Shown: one piece after another, positions 12,952 to 25,047 of the stretch
How the letters are laid out: each line of letters begins with the position of its first letter
Numbering within the stretch: the first letter of the stretch is position 1
Position numbers and translations under genes: made by a program
NCBI GenBank assembly: GCA_025603075.1
Contig: MU626377.1
Coordinates: 306 to 64,305, forward strand
Reading direction: 5' to 3'
Length of the DNA: 64,000 bases
DNA from: Neoconidiobolus thromboides FSU 785
Lineage: Eukaryota > Fungi > Entomophthoromycota
The notes under the pieces: model-generated
Databases searched by the model: none
Told to the model about the DNA's origin: nothing
The model's input: only the letters and a program-made list of their open reading frames with translations

Positions 12952-14728
12952 ATGAAACCAGATATTAAAAAAGTCAAAATAATTCATCCTTTTTTTACCA
13001 AGATTAATCAACCTGTTAGTACTACTTCCAATTTATTGACTTGGGAAGAAAAACACGAACAAAGTTTATTAATTGGGTATTATAAATTTAATAAAGAAAT
13101 CAAATCGAACAGTATATTGGCATTTGATTTAGATTCTACTTTAATCAAAGTTAAAGGTAATCATGTTCATGCTAAAGATGAGTTTGATTGGGAATTTTTA
13201 ATTAAAGATATTAAACAAAAGATAAAAGAAAGATTAAAAGAAGATCAATTAATGGTAATATTTTCCAATCAAAATGGTTTAGAACCAGAAAAGATGAAGA
13301 AAAATGACAAAAGGAAAATACAATTTAAAAACAAATTAAACGCATTTACATCTCAGGTAAATTAACTATAATTATAGTTATAATTAGAATAATAATAATA
13401 TTTATAATAATAATTATAATAATAATTATTATTATTATTATAAATATTGTTATTATTAAAAGTTAAGTTTTTTGGTATTAACTTATTTTTATTATTATAT
13501 AATAGTTAAATATACCAATGATAATTTTAGCAGCTACAAAAAAAGATCAGTATCGTAAACCTTTAATTGGGATGTGGAATGTATTATGTGAGATCTTAAA
13601 TTATGAACCTGATAAAAATCAAAGTAGTTATATTGGTGATGCTGCAGGAAGAAAAAAACAAGGGAAATTAGCTAATAGAAAAGATTTTGCTGATACAGAT
13701 AGGTAATCTATTAGTTATTAATTATTTTAATTAAGAAGTTAATTTATTTGATTTTTTTAATTATTAACATTTGAATATAGGAAATTTGCTTTAAATTTAA
13801 ATCTTGATTTTTTTACACCTGAAGAATATTTTTTAAATATTCAAAAAGAAGAATTTAATTTAACTGGTTTTAATCCAAAACAATATATTAAAAATATTGG
13901 TAATTATAATTCTTTTTTATGTTAACTAATTAATATATATATACTCATAATAATTTAATTTAATTTAATTTAGAACATATAAAAAAAGTAGAATTTAAAA
14001 AAAAGTATGAATTAGAAGTAATATTATTAGTTGGTTTACCCGGTAGTGGTAAATCGCATTTTTATCATAATATTACTAAACCTTTAGGATATGAGAGGAT
14101 TAATATGGTAAACTGATAATAATAAATAATAATAAACAACATGATTAATATTATTTATTATTATTTTAGGATACTTTAAAAACTTCCAAAAAATGTACAA
14201 CTAAATTAGAAGAATTATTAACTAATGCGAAATCAGCTGTTATTGGTAAGTAAAATCAAAAGCAAAGTATATTTAATAACTATAGAATAGTTACAATAAT
14301 TAATATACTTAGATAATACTAATTTGGATATTAAATCACGAGAATTATATATAACAAAAGCAAAAGAACATAAAGCTAAAATAAGAGTAATATTATTTAA
14401 TATGAACATTGATATTTGCTATCATAATAATTTATTTCGTGCTTATCATCCAACAGATAAGGTAATTAAAATGTGTTTTTATTAATATTATATTTAATAT
14501 TATTATTTAATAATAATATTTGTTTTCTTATAGGATGAAATTCGAACTCCAGTACCTAAAATGGTTTATGATATTTCATTGAAAAAATATCAAGAACCTA
14601 CGTTAAGCGAAGGTATTGATGAGATTCAAAAATGGCCATTTATTCCATTGTATTTAGATAGTGAAATTGAAATATGTAATAAGCAAAGGACTCATTATAA
14701 AAAATATTGGGAATTGTTTTATTTTTAA
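12952..14728 (+). CDS. PNKP: Bifunctional polynucleotide kinase/3'-phosphatase, multi-exon
   Basis: HAD motifs AFDLDSTLI, VIFSNQNG, YRKPLIGMW, YIGDAAGR, DTDR..FALN; kinase P-loop LVGLPGSGKS; DNTN. Confidence 0.92.
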
Positions 14729-14821
14729 CAGAAATTAATAAATATTATTTTTATTGAAGTGTAGTACTTAGTGCAATTTTTCTGCTTATTATTGAGTGTC
14801 AAATAAACAACATATTTGCAA

Positions 14822-14909
14822 ATATGAAAATGTCCTTTTTTATTTATGAAATTTGTACCGTTTTTTATTCAATAGTACTTAAAAGATGAAAACAAAAAAC
14901 ACCCAATAT
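14822..14909 (+). mobile_element. MITE family A, degenerate copy with internal deletion
   Basis: Alignable core AATAGTACTTAAAAGATG, end AAAACACCCA, flanks ATAT/ATAT. Confidence 0.55.
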
Positions 14910-15051
14910 AAAAATGTTTTTTTAATTTTGATATTTTTAATAATTATTTTTAAATTTAAGTTCTAATAAAATGAACAAACTAACCCAATTAAAACACTAC
15001 TATATTAATTTAATATACAGTCGTTTCTTCTAATTCTATTAGTAATTTAAC

Positions 15052-15154
15052 ATATAAAGGTGTTTTTTTTAGTCACCACTTTTTCCATTTTTGAGCATTA
15101 TTTGAGTAGAATAATGTTAGTAAAATTCTTGAACACAAAAATACATCCCCATAT
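15052..15154 (-). mobile_element. MITE family A copy
   Basis: One end decayed (AAAGGTG), other ACATCCCC, flanks ATAT/ATAT. Confidence 0.85.
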
Positions 15155-15246
15155 ATTACTTATATCAAAACCTCACATCCAATAGCTTTTAAACTTTTAC
15201 AAATTTTTTATTCACTGATCTATTATACTTACCTTTTTAATTTACT

Positions 15247-15354
15247 ATTTGGGGATGTATTTTTTGTATTTAAGAATTTTACTAATAATCTTTCCACTCA
15301 AATAGCGCTTAAAAAATGGAAAAAATGATGAAGTCAAAAAAAACATCACCATTT
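15247..15354 (+). mobile_element. MITE family A copy with ATTT target duplication
   Basis: Direct repeat ATTT at 15247-50 and 15351-54. Confidence 0.92.
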
Positions 15355-15621
15355 AATCATCCTTTATAAATCTGATGGATATTAAACCAATAAGATAGTA
15401 GTTATTTTTAAAAAATTTAATCTTAATTGCATTCTAATATAAGAGAACAAACACTACATGATTTTAAAAGAAATTACGTTTAAGGGAGAATTAACCAGAT
15501 GTTGTAATAACCAAGCGAGAAAAATGCATCATCAATTGAAATATATAAAATGAGAGAATTAAATTTTGTTTTTATTATTTTATTATTTTATTATCAACTT
15601 TAAATATATATAAAAACATTC

Positions 15622-16376
15622 ATGTCTTCGCATAACTTAACTTTATATTCTGTAGGTACCCCAAATGGTTTAAAAATCAGTGTAGCCTTAGCACTTATTG
15701 GATTAGACTATAAACTTCATCCCATTTCCTTTGCTAAAAATGAACAAAAGGAAGATTGGTTTATATCAATGAATCCAAATGGTCGTATCCCTACAGTAGT
15801 TGATCACCAAAATAAAGATTTTGTTATCTTTGAATCAGGTGCTATTTTATTATATTTAGCAGATAGATATGATCCAGAAGGAATATTAATTGCCAAAGAT
15901 AAAGATATTAAAAGTCAAGTAGAACAATGGGTCATGTGGCAAATGGGTGGTTTAGGACCAATGTTGGGCCAATTAGGTTGGTTTAAGAGACAAGAAGAGA
16001 AAAATGAGATGGCAATTAAAAGATATTTGGATGAAAGTATGAGATTATTAGGTGTAAGTTTTTATTGCATATTTTCAAGCATGTGAAGTGTTTAGTAATA
16101 ATTCTTTTTAGGTTTTAGAAATTCAATTAAACAAAACTAAGTATTTAGTTGGTGATCAATTAAGTATTGCTGATATTTCTAGTTTTTGTTGGTAAGTTGA
16201 ATATTATTATAATAGAATATATAATAAGATATTGACTTATCTATGACTCTAGGGTCCGCTTTGCTGATAAAATGGAATTGGATTTAACCGACTTCCCTAA
16301 AGTACAAGCTTGGATTAAATTAATTGAAGAAAATCCCAAAGTACAGGAAGGTTTAAAAGCTCATGATGCTAAATAA
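15622..16376 (+). CDS. Glutathione S-transferase (Ure2p/YfcG/GstII-like), 3 exons
   Basis: [53 protein letters not shown]. Confidence 0.93.
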
Positions 16377-17266
16377 ATTTAAAATTTAAACTATAACAAA
16401 AAATCTTTATTTTATCATATGTATATAATCATTTCGGTTTTATATTTCCATGTGGAAGATTTGATTTAGTTAAAAAGTATGTGATGTTAGAAAATCAATC
16501 GATAAAACAAGTGAAAAAGATATCAATATCTTATAACGCATATATTAAATAATAACTATTTTATAAACAGAACAACCAAAAGCAGCAACTAGAGCTATAC
16601 AAGAGACTTGAACAATAAAACGTATTATCAAGAAAATCCTTTTTTGATATAGTCAACGAATACTTTCTATAAATAAAGTGATAATATATAGTTAGCAATT
16701 CGTTTTTGATTAGGTCCATACATAAATCCCAATATCTAACCATTTTCTATCTGTCATGGCTGATTTCTTAAATAGGGAAGATAAAAAAGATAAAAACTTA
16801 GAAAGTTCATTTTATATAGGTATCTATAGTCATCTTTTTGATTCATGATGCTCTAGAATACTTTTTGGGAATATTTTATAGAAAAAGATAAAAAGTTAAT
16901 TAGCTTTATGTAAAATATTAAAAATTTTAATTGATATGTAAGGGAGTTTTGGCGAATGCTTATGTATTAAAGTGAGAAAAGTAATTTGATTTTTTGATTG
17001 AGAATTGATTTTTTAATCTAATTTGCATACATTCAATGCTCTAATTTCATTCAAAAAAAAACAGTCACTTTGGAGTTTAAATTAAAAGATTAATTGAAGC
17101 AAATTATCTTAATAATCAATATCACTAAACTTGATAGCTGAAATTTACTACATGTATATATAATAAATAATATTATCCTGGTATGAAACCAAATGTATAA
17201 TTTTACATATATATAATAAATAATAAATGATAACAAAATAAAATAATATTATCCCATTTAAATTTT

Positions 17267-17390
17267 ATGAGTCATAAAAACTAATCCCTTAAAAAAAATT
17301 AAATAAAGGATTTAAATTATATCACGCATGATAATAATCAACCATACAAAACATAGATAATGATAATAAAATTGATAAATGTTGAGTCAT
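17267..17390. promoter_or_regulatory. Two Gcn4/CpcA-type bZIP sites upstream of argininosuccinate synthase
   Basis: ATGAGTCAT at 17267-75 and TTGAGTCAT at 17382-90, about 210 and 95 bp upstream of the ATG at 17486. Confidence 0.65.
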
Positions 17391-17485
17391 GTCTTATAAC
17401 ACCTGTCAAAAAAATAGTATAAAAAGATATAAAAAAGCGAAATTGTTAGAAATAAAAAACAATTTAAAACTAAAATTAAATTAAA

Positions 17486-18941
17486 ATGTCCTCCAAAGGT
17501 AAAGTGTTATTAGCGTATTCTGGCGGTTTAGATACCTCTTGTATCTTAGCTTGGCTAATTGAAGAGGTAAGTTATTTTGAAAATTCACATTTTATTTTTT
17601 CTCATATTTAATCCCACTTTACCATTAGGGCTATGAAGTATTAGCATATATGGCTGATGTTGGTCAAGAAGAAGATTTTGAAGCAGCAAAAGAAAAAGCA
17701 TTATTAATAGGCGCTAAAAAAGTATTTATTGAAGTAAGAATTGATAGTATAATATTACATGATTTGTGACTTATTTAGTTTCTTTAGGATCTTAAAAAAT
17801 TATTTGTAGAAGAATTAGTCTTCCCTGCTATTCAGGCAAATGCTATTTATGAAGTAATTGATTATTTTTATTATAACTATATAAATACTAACCCTCAAAT
17901 TTAGGATCAATACCTATTAGGTACTTCATTAGCACGCCCAATAATTGCACGTAAACAAATAGAAATTGCCAAGAAAGAATCCTGCCAATTTGTGTCCCAT
18001 GGATGTACTGGAAAAGGCAATGATCAAATTCGTTTTGAACTCGCATATTATGCACTAGAACCAAGTATTCAAGTAATTGCCCCATGGAGATTAGAAAAAT
18101 TTTATACTCGCTTTCAAGGGCGTGCAGATCTATTAAATTATGCAAAAGAAAAAAGTATCCCAGTTTCCCAAACACCATCCAAACCTTGGTCTACAGATGA
18201 AAATTTATTTCATATTTCCTATGAAGCTGGTATTTTAGAAGATCCTAACATAACTCCTCCAGATGATATGTGGAAACTAACTAAATCTATTGAAGAGGCA
18301 TCGGATAAACCAGATATTATTACAATTGACTTTGAAAAGGGAATTCCAAAGAAAGTTACCAATACAGAAAGTGCGGAATGTAAGAGTTTTTATTAATGGT
18401 TTTGTTTACATTGATATTAATATTGTCATTCTTTTTATTAGCCTTTACTGATAGCTTACAATTATTCTTGTACTTAAACGAAATGGGCAAAAAGCATGGA
18501 ATTGGTCGTATTGATATAGTAGAAAATCGTTTTATTGGATTAAAATCCAGAGGATGTTATGAATCCCCAGGAGGAAGTATCTTATACAAAGCTCATTTAG
18601 ATTTAGAAGGCTTAACATTAGATCGAGAACTTCGCCAATTCAGAGATCGTTCATTAAAACCAATCATTAGTGATTTATTATATAAAGGATTTTATTATTC
18701 TTTAGAATGGGATGCTACAATTCCATCATTACTTCAAACACAAAAATTAGTTAATGGTCAAGTAAAATTGAAGTTGTATAAAGGTAATGTTATTGTATTA
18801 GGTAGATTTTCAGAGACTACAAAATTATACGACATGGAAGAGTCTTCTATGGATGTTCATGGCGGCTTTACTCCAACCGATTCGGAAGGCTTTATTAAAA
18901 TTCAATCCATTCGTATTAAAAAATGGTTATCTCATAAATAA
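17486..18941 (+). CDS. ARG1: Argininosuccinate synthase, multi-exon
   Basis: [77 protein letters not shown]. Confidence 0.97.
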
Positions 18942-19064
18942 ATAAAAGTAATTTTTTCTATTTAAAAAACAAATCAAATAAATTTATACTTTTGTTTCAA
19001 TTCCTTTAAAACCAATCTTTGAATATATATATAAAACAGTACAATATAATATATCATGTTTATT

Positions 19065-19964
19065 TTAAAAATAATTTGGGAAAAGGAATTTATATTTTTG
19101 TCTCAATTCCTCTGATAATATATCTTTTGAAGTAAGAATTGAGTATTTCATACTTCCTTTAATATTACTTAATAATTTCTTTTCAGCACCTGTATCCTCT
19201 AACTCTTCTTCCAAGCTTGGAATGATCTTTTCTAAGACTAATTTAGCATTCTGTGCATTTTGTTTCATTATTTTCATAACAGCTTGAACGGTCACTGATT
19301 CTTCACTTTCCCTCCAACAATCATAATCAGTGGACATACAGATCATTTGATAGCCAATTTCAGCTTCACGTGCTAATTTAGCTTCCGGTACAACAGACAT
19401 ATTGATAATATCGCAACCCCAATTTCTATATAAATTAGATTCAGCTTTAGTAGAAAAAGTAGGTCCTTCAATACAAACCAAAGTTTTTCCATCATGAAAC
19501 TTAACCTCTAAGCCCTTTACCGCATTTTGAATCAATTGACTTAAACCAAGATGAAATGGTTCAGCAAACCCAGCATGAGCTACACATCCTTTTTCAAAAA
19601 AAGTGTTCTCTCTTAATCCCTTAGTACGATCAATGATCTGTTCAGGTAATACAAAATGACCTGGTGCAATTTCTTCTCTTAAAGAACCAACAGCTGAAAA
19701 TGCCAAAATTACTTCAACACCTAAACTTTTTAAGGCTGATATATTGGCACGTACTGGTATTTCACTTGGGTTAATGGCGTGACTTTGTCCATGACGAGCT
19801 AAAAAGGCAATCTTGTGGCCATGTGCGCTTTTACTAATAACGATTTTGCTGCTTGGTTTGCCCCATGGGGTGTCTGGGTAATGTTCATCAATGGGTTCAA
19901 AGCCATCAAGGTTATAGAGACCAGAACCTCCAATAATACCAATTTTAACGGGTTCAGGAGTCAT
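19065..19964 (-). CDS. MEU1: S-methyl-5'-thioadenosine phosphorylase (MTAP), intronless
   Basis: IGIIGGSGLY, TPWGKPS, FLARHG, EGPTFST.AES, INMS..PEAKLAREAEI, STDYDCW. Confidence 0.96.
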   Translation of the reverse strand: MTPEPVKIGIIGGSGLYNLDGFEPIDEHYPDTPWGKPSSKIVISKSAHGHKIAFLARHGQSHAINPSEIPVRANISALKSLGVEVILAFSAVGSLREEIAPGHFVLPEQIIDRTKGLRENTFFEKGCVAHAGFAEPFHLGLSQLIQNAVKGLEVKFHDGKTLVCIEGPTFSTKAESNLYRNWGCDIINMSVVPEAKLAREAEIGYQMICMSTDYDCWRESEESVTVQAVMKIMKQNAQNAKLVLEKIIPSLEEELEDTGAEKKLLSNIKGSMKYSILTSKDILSEELRQKYKFLFPNYF

Positions 19965-20220
19965 TTTGTATATATGCTATGCAAAGTGGGTAAAATCGAT
20001 TAGTTTTAGCTAAAGATATTTATTATTTTTTTACGATTCTATGGGTTTAATGTTGTCGTTTAATTTTTTTTCGATGGTGAAATTTTAACCAATTAGCTTC
20101 CTGCTTTTAGCTATTTTTTTAAATTGCTAAATTGTAAAATTTTATTTTGGCCAATTAAAACACTCTTGTTTTTATTCTCTTTGACTTATACCACCATGAA
20201 ATATGAGTTTTTTATATATA

Positions 20221-20378
20221 AACAATTGACATACATCCTGGATGTCAACCTTTTTATAATAAACGTTATTTTTAACTGAATTATTTATATATAACTTTAA
20301 TCTTTGTTGTTTTTAAACTACCACCACTATTATATTTACTGGAGAAACAATCAAATCACTTTACAATTATCACAATAC
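20221..20378. repeat. Dispersed repeat family D, copy 1 (~155 bp)
   Basis: Aligns with 28518-28667 in the same orientation (ATCCTGG.TGTCAA.CTTTTTATAATA ... TTTACAATTATCACAATAC). Confidence 0.8.
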
Positions 20379-20621
20379 TATGATATCACTTATAATTAAA
20401 AAAAGCAAATAAGATTATAAAGTTTAGAATAGTTTTTATACTTAGTATTCATACTAAAGCTTTACTATTATAAACTAAAACGTATTGTCAAACTACAAAA
20501 ATCCAATTGAAATAGTATCATGATACTGAAAGTTACTAAAAAAGAATGGTTACTTATAAATTTTAAGACTCTATTGATTATAAAAATCAAATTTCAAGTA
20601 AAAAGACAATTCGCTACTATT

Positions 20622-20727
20622 ATATGGGGATGTATTTTTGTATTTAAGAATTTTTACTGACAATTTTTCCACGTAAATAGCGCTCAAAAAATGGAAAAAT
20701 AATGAAAGTAAAAAAACAGCCCCATAT
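20622..20727 (+). mobile_element. MITE family A copy (first of inverted dimer)
   Basis: Flanks ATAT/ATAT, right ATAT shared with next copy. Confidence 0.9.
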
Positions 20728-20831
20728 AGTAATGTTTTTTTTGACTTTATCACTTTTTTTCTATTTTTAAGTGCTATTTGAGTGGAAAATTTATTAGTAA
20801 AATTCTTGAACACAAAAATACATCCTCATAC
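20724..20831 (-). mobile_element. MITE family A copy (inverted partner)
   Basis: Junction CCC-ATAT-AGTAATG, ends ACATCCTC-ATAC. Confidence 0.85.
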
Positions 20832-20949
20832 TCTATATATATAACTATAAATATTTTACCCTGATAAATTATTCAACTACTACACATACATTCTACTTTT
20901 ACCAATTGTATAGTCTAAAGCTAAATTGTTACTACGGCTGCTTCAATAA

Positions 20950-21560
20950 ATAATTTATATACTCATTTTAATTAAACCTAACTTATAAGATATCACTTTT
21001 TGATCTTATAACTCAATACCATCAGTTATTATCAATTAAATAGACAAAGCTAATGTCCAAGTTCAAGTTATATGCAGGTGCTAAAATACAAACTATATAG
21101 TTAACCACTGCACATATCAAATAAAAAATTTAGCGTTTAACTCTAAATTAATATAAAAATATAAACTATTAATTATAAAAATTACCGATAGTCATTTCAC
21201 AATTGTACTTCCACAGTTGTACATTAGCTGTGTGTTTATTTGATACAAAGCTGTACCACTATTGCAGCCTAGTTTTGCGGTATCTTTTAGAGTTACTTGT
21301 TTGTTTGGTTTTTTAAAGCTTTGTACTTAGAGCTTGACTTGACTTTAGCTAAATTTTATTCTACAATAAAAGTTAACTAAGCCATAATAAATCTGAAATA
21401 ATGTATTCAAAAATACTGATTTTATTAAAATGGCTTTATTTCCAAATATGAAACTCTTGAATCTTTTAGGAGATTGATAAAGATTAGGATTATATACCAA
21501 TTTTAGCGGAGAATAGATATAACGTGAGTTTACTTATACTCAAGACTAAACTCACTTCCG
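20950..21560 (-). pseudogene. Highly decayed membrane-protein (possibly 7TM) remnant
   Basis: Minus-strand stretches ILIKSVFLNTLFQIYYGLV and LGCNSGTALYQINTQ...K*LSVIFIINSLYF with many stops. Confidence 0.25.
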
Positions 21561-21761
21561 AGTTACTTCTTGTAAAAGCTAATAGTCAAACCCAAATGCT
21601 AACAAAACAAGGCTGTTTTTGCTTAATTTAAAATTAATCAACTAAAATTAAATAATTATAGTTGTACCTTTAAATTCATACATCAAATACTGGACAAAAA
21701 GTGTTTTATTGAATCAATACAAATTGACCAAATAACTCAACATAAGACAATTTTCAATCAA

Positions 21762-22645
21762 ATGTTAAAAATATCAACCATTTCACTATTATTGATTCAA
21801 TGTTTCAGTAATCAAAATACAATCCAAAGTAGTAATAATGTTCAATTACCTCATGTTAAAAAGGATTCCAACTTGGTTCTTTTTATGAAAGGTCTAAAAT
21901 CCATTAATAATACCTTTATATATGAAAAACCAGTTATTAATTTAGTTTTATAGTTTGCAGTTTTAGGTTCAGCACACCAGAAGAAGCCAAAGAATCTCTA
22001 GATTTCTAGGTACAGCTTACTGTGGCAGTTTTACATTGGCCAGTTGGACCTGTGTTCATTGTAAAAAGCAGGTGATAGTATAGAAATTCAATATATGGGG
22101 ATGTTTTTTTTGGTTTCATTACTTTTTCCATTTTTTAAGCACTATTTGAGTGGAAGATCTGTTAATAAAATTCTTAAACACAAAAATACATCCCCATATA
22201 TTTGATGAACCTGTTTTTGGAGGTAGAGAATTTTGAAAACAAATTATCATGTCTTTTAGAGGTAGTTATAATTTACGAAAGTGGGATTGCTAATTTTCAG
22301 ATTTTGATGAGCCTCTATTTGGTCAACAATGGTAATAATAATATTTGTATACATTCTAGTTTAAATTGTGGAAGCAACTTATTTTTATCTAAATTTAAAA
22401 ATGAGTCTAGTACTTGATTAAAAACAGATAATAAGTATAAAATTGTAATTACAGATTATGCTTTAGGTGATGCGGTTGCTATTATAATTTCTATCGAACT
22501 TAAAAAATTATTAAGTTTAAATCGGGATCAAATGAAACTATTGATTCATGATAATCTTAGTTGCTCCATATCTAAAGGACCTTATTTAAGTATCAAAGAC
22601 CAACTGTTTTATTATGCTAATTTTATGTATGCTGCAGCTTGTTAA
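21762..22645 (+). pseudogene. Class-3 lipase pseudogene (paralog of 3469-4560)
   Basis: Signal-like MLKISTISLLLIQC, WTCVHC, MSFRGSYN, YKIVITDYALGDAVA. DNA aligns with the reverse complement of 3900-4690. MITE inserted at 22093-22199. Confidence 0.82.
22093..22199 (-). mobile_element. MITE family A copy inserted in lipase pseudogene
   Basis: Flanks ATAT/ATAT. The paralog gives the empty site TTCAATACATGCTTGATGAACC. Confidence 0.93.
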
Positions 22646-22813
22646 TATATACTCATAAAAAATGTTCGATATCAATATTAGATAAACGTCAGCTAAAACA
22701 AAATAATTACAGACATAATTTTTACTACATCTGGTTACCTTAAAATAATTAAAAGATTCAATTTTTTAGTTATTTCTTCTTTGCTTATAATAATAGGTTT
22801 ATTTTGGTAGTAT

Positions 22814-22920
22814 AAATGGAGATGTATTTTTGTGTTTAAGAATTTTACTAACAAATTTACCGCTTAAACAGTGCTTAAAAAATGGAAAAAGCAATGAAGT
22901 CAAAAAAAACACTCCCAAAT
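22814..22920 (+). mobile_element. MITE family A copy with AAAT target duplication
   Basis: Direct repeat AAAT at 22814-17 and 22917-20. Confidence 0.92.
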
Positions 22921-23110
22921 GTTTATTAATTTTTATGTTAAATCTTGTATATGTCTAGTAATAACGTTTTGATATTTCAATTTTTGATTTGGTTATTATA
23001 AGAAAATTTTATTAGCTTGTTTCAATTGTTTTCTTTGAATAGTTGTGATGAGTAAAAACTAGAATTATACAAAATCAATAACTTTTATTAATACAAATAA
23101 AACTAAGCAT

Positions 23111-23212
23111 ATATGAGGATATTTTTTTGACTTCATTACTTTATCTTTTAAGTGCTATCTGAGTGGAAAAATTGTTGGTGAAATTCTTAAATACAAAAAC
23201 ACACTTCCGTAT
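23111..23212 (-). mobile_element. MITE family A copy (diverged)
   Basis: GAGGATAT...ACACTTCC, flanks ATAT/GTAT. Confidence 0.8.
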
Positions 23213-23347
23213 AATAAATTAAATATTTAAAACTGTTGAATTTTTATTTTACCTTGATAAACAGGAATAATATAAAAACACTATTGAAGTTTAGAGAAAA
23301 ATTATTTATTCAATTTCAATCAAAACTGGCAAACCTATAAATTCATA

Positions 23348-23668
23348 TATTACACCCCACTATATAATCCAGTGTGTTGTTGTTCCATTTATTACAGCTT
23401 CTCGCATTAAACTTGTACTCAACCCACTCTCAACTTCATTTATTTCCTTATTCCTTGAGTGCCTGTAACTCATCTATTTAGTAGTTAAGCTCATGGTCCT
23501 AAGAATCTTATAACAAGACCTGTTGAGTTCTTTTGCGCCACTTTATATCCTTTCGAAATCTATCACCAGCAGTTTTATCTCTAATTGTGACTCTTCCTAC
23601 AAAAGTTGCCCTAGGTTCTCCCTCAATCTTCGATGTTTTATTTTATTATTTTATTAAGTTCTGTAATT
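23348..23668 (-). mobile_element. Degenerate LTR-like repeat, family F
   Basis: Reverse complement aligns with 62298-62540 (CCTAGG.CAA, TAAGA..CT..AGGA, AAATA.ATGA, CACTCA). Ends GTGTAATA, versus TGTTACAC at the start of the other copy. Confidence 0.5.
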
Positions 23669-25047
23669 TTATGCTAGATAAAAAACATCAAAAGGGAAAT
23701 ACAAACAGTACTCTTATATTACGTTTGCAAGTTCTAATTTGACTCTACATTTTTAAAAAATTATTTATGTTTTATTATAAATATTAATGCTACTAAAAAG
23801 GAACGTAATTTAGAAACCACATTTTTTACATTTGTTGGAGCTCTATTAAGATGTAGTTAACTGCTCATTTCAGAACTAAATTTTACTAAAACCAAACAAG
23901 TAAATAATAGCTCTAAAAATTCTGCAAATTAGGTCAAAATAGATTGCCAAATCTGTAAGAACAATTCAAAACTACTCCAAAACCATGTAAAAATTGCCAT
24001 AAATTTTAAGAGAAAAAGTTAATCTATAAGATTTCGGATAAGATTTCCTTAAAATAAATTCGTAAACATCAGCCAGTATATACTAACGTTAATACAAAAA
24101 CTTATAAGTAATCTTTAAAGTCATTAAAGTTATAGATAGATAGATTCATTGATTTTAGCCTTCTCACTTAGCTTCATTTCTGTTCCATAAAAAAAGTTTA
24201 AATATATTAATACTGCTTTGTTCCGAATCAAGTATTAAGAATATATTCAACATTATAAATGCAATCCAAATTGTGATACTGCATTTGAACTTTGCCACTA
24301 TTCTATCAATTCGGAAGCATATAGTGATGTATTTGTGTATTTTTTAAAAATAAATAGATTAATTACTTTCCAATAGCAGCACTATTTCCCAATCTTATGA
24401 GTATCCTTTTTAAAGTGACATAGTCAAGTATAAATTAAAAGTAAACACAATACTTAGCTTCATTGACAAAAGTTCAAAACTATAGTTAAGATTTCGATAT
24501 ATTGAGATATTAGTCTCTAAATAAACTAATAATGATTGATGTAGCTTAATATTTCGCCTTGCATCAAATCCAATAATTTTTCCATTTAATATGACTAAAA
24601 TAATAAACAGGTTTTTAACAATAGGAGTCCCTAAAAAAACTAATAAAGGCATCACATTGATTTAGCAATTTGCACCTGGATTTATGTTCTTTGAGTTCTA
24701 TTTTAAAATTTTATCACCTAATTTATTTATAGCTTTTTTTCCATTAGACTTTATTGGCTCAAAAGAAATCCATCTTCCAATAACAATACACTGAATATAC
24801 AATTAAAATATTAACCTTTCTTCCTATATCTAAATCATAGAACATAAAAATACAATAAATGAACTCATCTTGTAGAATCTAAGAATTACTCATGGCTAAA
24901 TTAACTGCTCATTTACCAGTTAATTTCAAAACCAATATTTAATTTTCTCGAATAATCAAAATATAAAAGCGTGTTCGATTGACTAAATAAATTAGTATAA
25001 ATTATCGTAATAAGTCTTCAAATTTTAAAAATTTATAGTTTTTCAAA

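Noticed and set aside
16561-16790. Possible small minus-strand membrane protein gene
   Set aside because: No splice model gave a continuous frame, and no family was recognisable.
23850-24890. Decayed coding-like sequence (possibly an F-box/LRR remnant), including ORF 24410-24655
   Set aside because: Too many stops and no diagnostic motif to support a call.
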